64,000 nucleotides of DNA from positions 1-64,000 of the IMG/VR virus record IMGVR_UViG_3300002091_000027. The stretch is one strand, 5' to 3'. The position numbers and the translations under genes are program-made. Of this stretch, positions 36,616 to 44,661 are shown piece by piece. Source of the DNA: a virus. Its lineage: Duplodnaviria; Caudoviricetes. The notes below the pieces were generated by a model. That model was not told where the DNA came from and searched no databases. It worked only from the letters and a program-made list of their open reading frames with translations. Position 1 is the first letter of the stretch. Every line of letters begins with the position of its first letter.

Positions 36616-37561
36616 AAAAACATTACTATTGATTGACGGACACAATATTTTTATCCGTAGTTTCAGCGGTTTAATGCGTCATGGGCTTAGTGCTCCCAAT
36701 GGAGAAGGTACGTGGGGCGCTTATGGTGCATACAACGTTATAACCAGCATGATTAGAAAATATGAACCTAGCCACGTTCTTATTGCATTCGATAAAGGGC
36801 GTAGCACTAAACGTCTAGCTATTGATCCACAATATAAAGCTAATCGCCATAAAGTTAGCGACAAACCACGTACTGCTATCGACGATGCATTTTCTACTGA
36901 ATTCAAGCCACAAATGGCTACGTTTATGAACTTATGTTTGAAAAGCGGTATACCTTACATGAGTTTGGAAGGTGTTGAAGCCGATGACATTATTGCTACT
37001 GCAGCACTTAAACATGCCACTATCTTTGATAAAATTGTTATTGTTAGTGCAGACCACGATTTACATCAATTGATTCGTGAGAATATTATTGTTGTTAAAC
37101 CAAGCATCAGTTACAAAGATATTGATGCTGAAGTATATGACACAGAAGCTATAAAAAATGAATGGGGCATAGAACCAAAAAGGTTGTCAGAGATCTGGGC
37201 ACTTATGGGTGACAAAGGTGATAACATCAAAGGCATTTCTGGCATTGGTCCTAAAAAAGCTACCAAACTTATTGCTGAACATGGTGATTTAGAAACTGTG
37301 CTTAATCTTGATGATGCAAAAATTAAAGATAACATTGCTGTTGTTCGCATGGCTAAACAATTGATTGAGTTAGACATAGATGACGATTTACCATTTCCAC
37401 CAATTGGTGACCTTCAATTTACACCAGTGCGCCATGGTGGTCCTAATGCTAGAGTTTTAGATGAGTTGTTTGTCAATTTAGGGTTTACACAAATTAGAAG
37501 TCGTTGGTATCACAACAATCTTTGGAATGATGTGAGAAACTTTGGTAGGAGTCTTAATTAA
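36608..37561 (+). CDS. 5'-3' exonuclease / flap endonuclease (PolI N-terminal-like)
   Basis: LLIDGHN, YKANR, EADDII, SADHDL, GDKGDNIKGISGIGPKKA. Confidence 0.92.
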   Translation: MNKKTLLLIDGHNIFIRSFSGLMRHGLSAPNGEGTWGAYGAYNVITSMIRKYEPSHVLIAFDKGRSTKRLAIDPQYKANRHKVSDKPRTAIDDAFSTEFKPQMATFMNLCLKSGIPYMSLEGVEADDIIATAALKHATIFDKIVIVSADHDLHQLIRENIIVVKPSISYKDIDAEVYDTEAIKNEWGIEPKRLSEIWALMGDKGDNIKGISGIGPKKATKLIAEHGDLETVLNLDDAKIKDNIAVVRMAKQLIELDIDDDLPFPPIGDLQFTPVRHGGPNARVLDELFVNLGFTQIRSRWYHNNLWNDVRNFGRSLN

Positions 37562-37563
37562 AC

Positions 37564-38616
37564 ATGGCTAATTGGGTTATCAATCCTTCACTAGATATGC
37601 CAACTGTATTAGAACAATACGGTAGGTTTTTAGAAGACGACTATAGAATGCTTATTGAATCATTAAGAGTACCTAGCTCATTTGATGAATATTCTGAAAA
37701 AACTAATCGTAGGTTTATTATAGCTAGTGGCAAAGAACGACCAGGGCTTATCGCTAAAAGCGTATACTTATGTATTAAACTAGCTGGACCAGAGAGCGTT
37801 AGTGTATACGTACAAACGCTTGATGAAATGTTTTTGGTGCAAAATGTCTTTGAAAATTATGCCAAAGATGTGGAAACAAAATTGTTTGCCAATCCATTGG
37901 ACTTTCTTAATTTAAGTAAAGATTGGAGAGATGAGATTGAAAAAGCTACAGATATTATTGTTTATGGTGATGATCAAACTATAGAAAAATGGCGTGAATA
38001 TGAAACTGTAGATCGTCATATATGGGAACACGGTTTAAGTTTTGGTTTTGGTGTAGTTAGGGCAAAAGATCTCAGTCAATCAATTATTAATGAAATATGT
38101 TTTGACTTTTTTTGTTATTACGGTGAAGGAAGATTAGCACCAAAATTTTATTTTATCGTTGGAGAATATTCAATTAGTTTAATTGAAAATTTTGCTATGA
38201 ATATAATGGTTAATTACGCTCCATTTATAGAAGCTTACAGAAACAAGTTGCCGTTTACACGCAAGAGTGATCTTACACGAGAAGTTTTGGGTGCTTCTTA
38301 TTACGCAAAATATGTTCGTGCTTTTCATTTGAAATCTAAAGAACTTTTTGCTACACTTTACGGTGATGTAAGATTAGTGTTTGTTGATAATCTTGATGAT
38401 ATTGAAGAGTTTGTAGAAAAATGGAGAGAAAACATAGGAACTGTCGCCGTCGATTGGGATGATGAGGATGTTATTGATATCATGGAAGATAACATGATAC
38501 CTCGTATATGCCACGTTGGTGATATGCAATTTCCAGATTTCTTTGAACAGTACGATACATTAGATGATTTTAATATTTATGTCAGTGATGACATGGGCAC
38601 AGATGGTCTTATATAA
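37564..38616 (+). CDS. LuxC/acyl-CoA reductase-like ALDH-fold protein, catalytic Cys replaced by Arg
   Basis: IIASGK.RPG, ATDIIVYGDDQTI, EHGLSFGFGVV, DFFCYYGEGRLAP and PRICHVGDMQFP correspond in order to LuxC-family motifs (manual alignment). Confidence 0.65.
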   Translation: MANWVINPSLDMPTVLEQYGRFLEDDYRMLIESLRVPSSFDEYSEKTNRRFIIASGKERPGLIAKSVYLCIKLAGPESVSVYVQTLDEMFLVQNVFENYAKDVETKLFANPLDFLNLSKDWRDEIEKATDIIVYGDDQTIEKWREYETVDRHIWEHGLSFGFGVVRAKDLSQSIINEICFDFFCYYGEGRLAPKFYFIVGEYSISLIENFAMNIMVNYAPFIEAYRNKLPFTRKSDLTREVLGASYYAKYVRAFHLKSKELFATLYGDVRLVFVDNLDDIEEFVEKWRENIGTVAVDWDDEDVIDIMEDNMIPRICHVGDMQFPDFFEQYDTLDDFNIYVSDDMGTDGLI

Positions 38617-38637
38617 AAATATAAGTAAGGAGAAAGT

Positions 38638-38871
38638 ATGAAAGAATCAAACGGATTAAACGAACTACGCAAGAAAATGATGGAACGCTGGAACCTTATG
38701 GTCAATTTTAAAGGCGATTGGAATTCTGGTTATGCAGAAGGTCTTAACTACGCTATGAGCTTGATTTATGATGAACTACGTGAAATTGAAAAGAACAAAC
38801 CAATTAAAATTGATCATGCTCCTAAGAAAGAATGGTCTAAGTTTTATGGTACAAAGAAAGGTGTTAAATAA
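38638..38871 (+). CDS. Hypothetical protein
   Basis: RBS AAGGAG; WNSGYAEGL motif. Confidence 0.6.
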   Translation: MKESNGLNELRKKMMERWNLMVNFKGDWNSGYAEGLNYAMSLIYDELREIEKNKPIKIDHAPKKEWSKFYGTKKGVK

Positions 38872-38873
38872 AA

Positions 38874-39146
38874 ATGGAATCTAAGAATTTTATGGAAAGT
38901 TTGCCAGATTCAAAACTATTGAGAATTTCTTTGTTTATCCCACTTTCTGTTGCATATTTAATGTTGCTGCCACTTGCAATTATTGCATTGCCATTTGTAT
39001 TTGCATGGCAGTGCGCTAAAATGCTTACTGTCAAAAAGAAAAAGAAATATGAATACAACATTTTTGATTCAAGCAATAACAACAAAGTCAATGATCTTAT
39101 CCTTGATTTCAACAATTGGTTTAATACAGGAACGGGTAACGATTAA
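38874..39146 (+). CDS. Small membrane protein
   Basis: One long hydrophobic segment followed by a poly-Lys stretch. Confidence 0.55.
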   Translation: MESKNFMESLPDSKLLRISLFIPLSVAYLMLLPLAIIALPFVFAWQCAKMLTVKKKKKYEYNIFDSSNNNKVNDLILDFNNWFNTGTGND

Positions 39147-39517
39147 TGGAAAATAAATTAGCACAAGCTGGTGACATGGTGTTTGAAAGAAACCTTGCCA
39201 TCATTGCTGGTAGGCGACAAGAAGTACAAGTATTTAGTGATGGATTTGTTTATAGAGGTTATCTATGTGGTCTTGATGAACAATGGATTCAACTCTATGG
39301 TCATGAAGAGAATGACTCGAATGACTATGATGCACAGTGGCGCTTCTTGTTGATTAACCGAAAGAATATATCAGCGCTTGGCCCTAATGGGAAAAACCTA
39401 AACGATCTTGAGTCTGAGACACGCGATTGGGTTAGCAAAAAGATCCAGATCTTCTCAGACATTTGTGATAAGTTTGCATCAGTCAGAGGAGCAAGAAATG
39501 GAAAAGAAAAGTTTTGA
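39146..39517 (+). CDS. Sm/Lsm/Hfq-like protein
   Basis: Sm1-like GRRQEVQVFSDGFVYRGYLCGLDEQWIQL and Sm2-like FLLINRKNISAL. Confidence 0.65.
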   Translation: MENKLAQAGDMVFERNLAIIAGRRQEVQVFSDGFVYRGYLCGLDEQWIQLYGHEENDSNDYDAQWRFLLINRKNISALGPNGKNLNDLESETRDWVSKKIQIFSDICDKFASVRGARNGKEKF

Positions 39518-39959
39518 TGGTGAACCTGTCAACTATGACAGTGATAGCTACGATGAAATTGTTGTAATAAAAGTAGCAGAAAGCAAGGAAGAGTTGGTAG
39601 CTGGTATTGATCTAGCGAATGCTCAGCCTCGTGATTTGCTTATATACTTTGCTGATCGTTTTAAAGAAACACATGGTTACACTTACAATGTTGAATGGGT
39701 AAAAGAATCAGCTATCTTCAAGAGTTTTAAGGAACGATATGGACTTGACGCAGGTCCTATGGTTGCACTACTCTTTGACAATCACAAAGGCAAGCTTAAT
39801 GATCTGGTGATGACAGCAACAGCATTCAGTAAGGGTAGTAAATGGATTCAGGATACTTTGTACATTGAACTACAACAACAAAAACTTAAGAACGAGAATA
39901 GAAATAGTACGGAAGGATTAATGAATACCAATGACTTCATTGAACGATTCGCTGTTTGA
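39498..39959 (+). CDS. Putative replication-initiation / helicase-loader partner
   Basis: Helical protein immediately upstream of the DnaC-like gene; RBS GAGGAG, ATG 39498. Confidence 0.45.
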   Translation: MEKKSFDGEPVNYDSDSYDEIVVIKVAESKEELVAGIDLANAQPRDLLIYFADRFKETHGYTYNVEWVKESAIFKSFKERYGLDAGPMVALLFDNHKGKLNDLVMTATAFSKGSKWIQDTLYIELQQQKLKNENRNSTEGLMNTNDFIERFAV

Positions 39960-40731
39960 TTGGGAAAAAGATTACGTCAACCTAAAATATGAATTCCTTG
40001 ATGATGAGGAAGTCGATTACCTAGAGCAGAAGTATCCTCAGTTTGAGAAATTTACAAAGCAGGGATGCCCTACATGCACCGATGGTTCATGTGGTGACTG
40101 CAAACTACAATTGCAATTGTATAAACATTACTCACGTGCAGGTATTGGTCTTAATTACCAACGTCTTAATTGGTCAGATTTTAATGGTGATGAGAAGGCT
40201 TTGGCATTAGCTAGGATCTATCTTGGACAACACAAGGATTTTGTAAAGGGTGGTATGGGTATTCTCTATCACGGTACATGGGGTACAGGTAAAACATTGC
40301 TCACTAGCCTTATTGCTAAAGAGTTGGTAAAGCTTGGCTACAGTGTATACTTTGCTACATTCACTCAGATGGTTGACGAGTTCACCAGAGGGTGGGGCAG
40401 CAATGATGACAAGGCACGTTTTGAGAGCAAAGTTGTTAAGAGTGATGTATTCTTTTTGGATGACATTGGTAAGGAATTCCGTACCAAGAACAACCTGAGT
40501 GAAGCAACGTTTGACCATGTAATGCGTCAACGTGCATTAGACAATCGTCCTACGTTCATTACTACCAATATGGGTATTGATGAGTTGATGGATGGTTACG
40601 GTGGTGCTATATTTTCTCTTCTAAAGGAAAGAGTAATCGAACACAACATGGATGGAATTGACTACCGTGAATACGCACGCAATCGTACACTTGATGAAAT
40701 CAAGGACGGAACAGTAAGGAAGATTCAGTAA
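39931..40731 (+). CDS. dnaC: DnaC/IstB-like AAA+ helicase loader
   Basis: GTWGTGKT, FFLDDIGKE, RPTFITTN; N-terminal CPTC...CGDC. Confidence 0.88.
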   Translation: MTSLNDSLFDWEKDYVNLKYEFLDDEEVDYLEQKYPQFEKFTKQGCPTCTDGSCGDCKLQLQLYKHYSRAGIGLNYQRLNWSDFNGDEKALALARIYLGQHKDFVKGGMGILYHGTWGTGKTLLTSLIAKELVKLGYSVYFATFTQMVDEFTRGWGSNDDKARFESKVVKSDVFFLDDIGKEFRTKNNLSEATFDHVMRQRALDNRPTFITTNMGIDELMDGYGGAIFSLLKERVIEHNMDGIDYREYARNRTLDEIKDGTVRKIQ

Positions 40732-42011
40732 TGGATATCGAAAAAAGTTTGGTACGGCATTTTGCTGACCTAGATAGTTTTAATGAGATTTGGAATAAAG
40801 GCGTTCGCAGCGAGCACTTCTTCGATGATGGTGTTCGTGAATTGTTTGAATACAGCCTTGACTACTATATCCGTAGTGAGTTCAAGGATACAGCTACTCA
40901 AGAACTTCTAGAGAATAAGTTTGCCGATTATTTTGCACGCAATGAATGGCCTGAGAAGGATTACTTGGTATGCGTTCTTATTGAAGAGATGATGACTAAG
41001 TATCGTAAATCTACTACTCAGAATATTCTGCTCAAGGCTGCAACTGCACTAGAGGAAGATCCAGAAGTTGGTATTGCTTTAGCACTCAATAGCTTGTCTA
41101 AGATTCAGAACGATACTAGTACTCGTGAGCGTCTTGAAGTTTATGGTGAAGGCTATGATCGTCGTGTTAACAACTACTTGGACGAGGTAGCTAACCCTTC
41201 TAGAGACAAGAAAGGTATTTACCTTGGTTGGGATGAACTTAACGACCATATGTATGGTATCCAAAAAGGTGAACTTGCGGTTGTCGTAGGTATTCCCAAC
41301 GTTGGTAAGTCATGGGTAGGATCAGTTATTGCTCTTGAAGCAGCACGTCGCAAGACCAAGGTGTACTTTGCATCATTGGAGCTTCGTAAAGAACTAACTT
41401 TGATGCGCCTTGACTGCCTAGCTAGTGGTGTACCGTATAGTCGTTATGAACGTGGACAACTTACACCTAACGAGCTTCGTCGCCTAAAAGAAGCACGTGA
41501 AGAAATTATGGAGTTTGGTGAGTATCTTATGATTGACTCACCAGCACGCAAGAACGAACGTAGTGTTTTGGAGCTTTACTCTAAGGCTAAACACTGGGGT
41601 GCGGAGATGGTTGTTGGTGACCAGTTGTCATGGGTTACTACAGAAAAGTCATACGGTAGTGCTAGCAACGTGCAATCTTTGCAAATGGCTGAAGTTATTA
41701 CTGACATCGCTAGTACCAATCGTGAAATGGGTATGGCTTCTGTATGGCTTGCTCAGTTCAACCGTGAAGCTATGAAGAACAAGAAAGGTCGTGGTGGTCT
41801 AGGCAACATTGGTCTATCATCACAGATCGAACAAATTGTAGACATGGCTATTGGCATTGGTGCTACCCGTGAGATGAAACAGCAAGAAGCTCTTGTTATG
41901 GATATTATGAAGAGTAGACGTAGTGATCTTAAATCCTGGATGATGGGATTTGAGTTAAGAGACCGTACATCATTGAAAGTTGTACGAGAATTTGAGGATG
42001 CTAATGATTAA
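40731..42011 (+). CDS. dnaB: DnaB-like replicative helicase
   Basis: GIPNVGKS, FASLEL, VVGDQLS, LAQFNRE, IEQIVD. Confidence 0.92.
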   Translation: MDIEKSLVRHFADLDSFNEIWNKGVRSEHFFDDGVRELFEYSLDYYIRSEFKDTATQELLENKFADYFARNEWPEKDYLVCVLIEEMMTKYRKSTTQNILLKAATALEEDPEVGIALALNSLSKIQNDTSTRERLEVYGEGYDRRVNNYLDEVANPSRDKKGIYLGWDELNDHMYGIQKGELAVVVGIPNVGKSWVGSVIALEAARRKTKVYFASLELRKELTLMRLDCLASGVPYSRYERGQLTPNELRRLKEAREEIMEFGEYLMIDSPARKNERSVLELYSKAKHWGAEMVVGDQLSWVTTEKSYGSASNVQSLQMAEVITDIASTNREMGMASVWLAQFNREAMKNKKGRGGLGNIGLSSQIEQIVDMAIGIGATREMKQQEALVMDIMKSRRSDLKSWMMGFELRDRTSLKVVREFEDAND

Positions 42012-42186
42012 GCATATTTTAGAATTTGCAGTTCCTTTTATATTATGGATGGGTATGGCATGGTTTCTTTCTGACGGTGGTAAAGAAAGAGAAGATTTTT
42101 GGTATGTTGTTTTGTTGCCAATTGTTATGGTGTTGTTTTGTGGATTTATATTATTGATTTCATTGTTTTTTGCGTGGCTGTACTAA
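42004..42186 (+). CDS. Small two-TM membrane protein
   Basis: Two hydrophobic helices; ATG 42004. Confidence 0.55.
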   Translation: MIKHILEFAVPFILWMGMAWFLSDGGKEREDFWYVVLLPIVMVLFCGFILLISLFFAWLY

Positions 42187-42332
42187 TGAATGAATGCCTA
42201 CACATTGAAAAATATGAAAACCTTGACGGAGATAAATTAGAACGTCCTTGGAATCGAATCTTTTGTCCTGATTGTGGAGTACGTATTGTAGGAGAATATA
42301 AAACAGATCCATTTAAGTTGCGTGGACGATGA
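42186..42332 (+). CDS. Small Zn-ribbon protein
   Basis: MNECLH...IFCPDCGVRI; TAATG coupling. Confidence 0.55.
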   Translation: MNECLHIEKYENLDGDKLERPWNRIFCPDCGVRIVGEYKTDPFKLRGR

Positions 42333-42532
42333 ACCTAACCGAACGCCAAGCATTGCGAGAGAAGCACCAACAATCAGAACGAAGTTTGCTTTGTAAACAT
42401 TGCGTTGATCAATATCCTTGCGACGTAATTAAGTTGTTGGATGCAACTAAACCAGAAGAATGTTTAGAAAGCCATGAATTTTTACAAAAGAAACATTTTA
42501 ATTTTTGCAATGGTTGTGGAGAAAAACTATGA
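42329..42532 (+). CDS. Small Cys/His-rich protein
   Basis: H...CKHC...YPC, then C...H...FCNGCGEKL. Confidence 0.6.
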   Translation: MNLTERQALREKHQQSERSLLCKHCVDQYPCDVIKLLDATKPEECLESHEFLQKKHFNFCNGCGEKL

Positions 42533-42657
42533 TGGATGATGATCCAAAAAGCTGGTCAGAAAAATCTTATAATGACCTTGCTCCAAAAGACAGAGAATTT
42601 ATTAAGGATATGAAAGACAAATATAAGGAATTATTGAAATGGCTGAAAGACTACTAA
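42529..42657 (+). CDS. 42-aa hypothetical protein
   Basis: ATGA coupling; ends ELLKWLKDY. Confidence 0.5.
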   Translation: MMDDDPKSWSEKSYNDLAPKDREFIKDMKDKYKELLKWLKDY

Positions 42658-43658
42658 AGGAAATATTCCATGGTCTTGACGCTTATTTTGTTCTACAGGA
42701 CATGATAGGTGTAGGTGAGATTATAGAGAATGGCGATGAGTGCATCCATTCATGTCCATTGCCGTTTGGTATGCACAAAAATGGTGACAGCAGCCCATCA
42801 GCCAGCCTTAATAAAGAAACCCTTCTTTTCAATTGTTTTACCTGTGGTGGTGGCAGCGTTATTTGGTTAGTCCAAAACTGCCTTAATATCAGCCGTGAGG
42901 ACGCTATTGCCAAGCTTAAGAATGAAGTGGCAGAACTTAAGGTTATATCCGTTGAGGATTTTATTGAACGTTTAGAAGGGGTTTTTGTCTCTAAACACCA
43001 AGATACTGCTGATATCCCTATATATAGCGACACTATCCTTAGAAGATGGGAAGGTTCTTGCGATTATTTGACCTCCAGAGGCGTCTCAGAGGCCGTACAA
43101 CGGCAGATGCGTACAGGGGTAGACTCAGGTAGGTTAGAGATCCAGAAAACGCCAGAAGGTGAAAGAAATGTGCCTGTAGACAGGGTTGTTCTTCCACATT
43201 TTATGAGGGGTAAACTTATAGGATGGGTAGCACGTAAGCTCGAGGATGTCCCAGGGGTACCTAAGTATCGTAATTCCAAGGGGTTCCCTCGAGGCTCTTG
43301 GCTATATAACCTAGATAATGCTATAATGTACGATGAAATTTATGTGGTTGAAAGCCCCATGAGTGTGCTTGTACTAAAGAGTCGCGGCATTGATAACATC
43401 GTAGCTACCTTTGGAGCTAAAGTTGATAAACAACAGATTAACTTGCTAAGGAACTTTAGCAAGGTAAATATCTTTATGGATGGCGATGCCCCTGGTCGTA
43501 TGGCCACTGAGCATTTAATCGGAGAATTGCAAAATTATACAAAACTCGGTATCATTGCTACACCAGATGATGAAGATCCTGCTACTATGTTAGGAATTCC
43601 TACACCAATAAGTTCGTTTGAATATCAGTTAAAGCATCATTTGACTTGTACAAGTTAA
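42639..43658 (+). CDS. dnaG: DNA primase (CHC2 Zn finger + TOPRIM)
   Basis: CPLPFGMH...FNCFTCGGG, PKYRNS, VVESPMSV, IFMDGDAPG. Confidence 0.9.
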   Translation: MAERLLKEIFHGLDAYFVLQDMIGVGEIIENGDECIHSCPLPFGMHKNGDSSPSASLNKETLLFNCFTCGGGSVIWLVQNCLNISREDAIAKLKNEVAELKVISVEDFIERLEGVFVSKHQDTADIPIYSDTILRRWEGSCDYLTSRGVSEAVQRQMRTGVDSGRLEIQKTPEGERNVPVDRVVLPHFMRGKLIGWVARKLEDVPGVPKYRNSKGFPRGSWLYNLDNAIMYDEIYVVESPMSVLVLKSRGIDNIVATFGAKVDKQQINLLRNFSKVNIFMDGDAPGRMATEHLIGELQNYTKLGIIATPDDEDPATMLGIPTPISSFEYQLKHHLTCTS

Positions 43659-43669
43659 GCTGATACTCT
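43641..43669 (+). promoter_or_regulatory. SigA-type promoter TTGACT-N17-TACTCT with extended TG
   Basis: Overlaps the primase 3' end, upstream of the SSB gene. Confidence 0.6.
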
Positions 43670-43725
43670 TTGCGAGACAGTAACCAAAACCAACAGCCCA
43701 AGGGCTTCTAAAGAAAGATACTAAA

Positions 43726-44562
43726 ATGGCATTGCAAAAAGGCATGGCTGCCGTAAAGGCCAGTATTGAAAAGTCACAAAAGGGTTCAGGCCCTAAGACT
43801 TACACAGAAACAAATTGGTTCTACTGGACACCAGGAGAAACAAAGGCACTTCGTTTTCTTACAGATTCGAATGACATCTTTGTAGTTCCTGTCCACGAGA
43901 ACGTACCATCACATGATGGGAAGAAGAAGACATTCGTATGTCGCAGTGTGTTTGACGCTTCTTGTGAGCTTTGTGCTCGTGAGAAGGGTGCACCTGGAGC
44001 ATACCGTCGTGACGTTGGGTACGGCGTTGCTGTACTCCGTGAAGAAGTGTACGAAGAGGTTGATGGTCAACGTAAGTTAACTGGATACCGTGACGTAACT
44101 TCTACCTATGAAGAAACCGTAGACGGTAAGTCTGTTACAAAGAAGAAGCCATACGTGGGAATTGTATCTCAGGGTATGCGTAACTTCTGGAATCAGATTG
44201 CTGTTATCACTGAAAAGTACGGTAGCCTCAAGGAGCGAGAAATTGAAATCATGCGTCAAGGTCAGGGAACTGACACTACATACATGGCTTTTGCTCTCGA
44301 CAAGAAGGAGATCGAGAACATCGATACACGTTACGCAAAGTTCCTTCCCGATATTGAAGCTTTCCTAAACCGTATTGGTAGCCAAGAGTATTACGATGCC
44401 CAGCTACACGGAATTGTCAAAGAGAAGGAAGCCTTCAGTCCAAAGGCATCCACACCCTCCTCAGTCTCTGTTGACGATGACGAATACGCAGAAGAAGAGT
44501 TTGTCAGTATCGAGGAAGAGACTACTGCAGACCGTCTACGCCGCAAGATGGCAGGTCAGTAG
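43726..44562 (+). CDS. Single-stranded DNA-binding protein (gp32-like)
   Basis: ALRFL, H...FVC...CELC, IEIMRQGQGTDTTY, acidic C-terminal tail; sits between primase and polymerase. Confidence 0.8.
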   Translation: MALQKGMAAVKASIEKSQKGSGPKTYTETNWFYWTPGETKALRFLTDSNDIFVVPVHENVPSHDGKKKTFVCRSVFDASCELCAREKGAPGAYRRDVGYGVAVLREEVYEEVDGQRKLTGYRDVTSTYEETVDGKSVTKKKPYVGIVSQGMRNFWNQIAVITEKYGSLKEREIEIMRQGQGTDTTYMAFALDKKEIENIDTRYAKFLPDIEAFLNRIGSQEYYDAQLHGIVKEKEAFSPKASTPSSVSVDDDEYAEEEFVSIEEETTADRLRRKMAGQ

Positions 44563-44571
44563 TCAAACCAG

Positions 44572-44646
44572 AGTAGACCAGTGGAGTTAATCAGGTATCG
44601 CTTCCTCCCTTTCCGTTACCGAATTGACTTCACTGGTTGCTCTACT
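44572..44646 (+). ncRNA. Long hairpin with 19-nt C/U-rich loop (candidate sRNA or ssb 3' element)
   Basis: AGTAGA/TCTACT, 14-bp CCAGTGGAGTTAAT/ATTGACTTCACTGG with two G-U pairs, GGTA/TACC; loop TCGCTTCCTCCCTTTCCGT. Confidence 0.6.
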
Positions 44647-44652
44647 TATAAT
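44624..44652 (+). promoter_or_regulatory. Near-consensus SigA promoter TTGACT-N17-TATAAT for dnaE
   Basis: Exact spacing; the ATG lies 9 nt downstream of the -10 box with no SD. Confidence 0.8.
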
Positions 44653-44661
44653 GAGTGAGTT

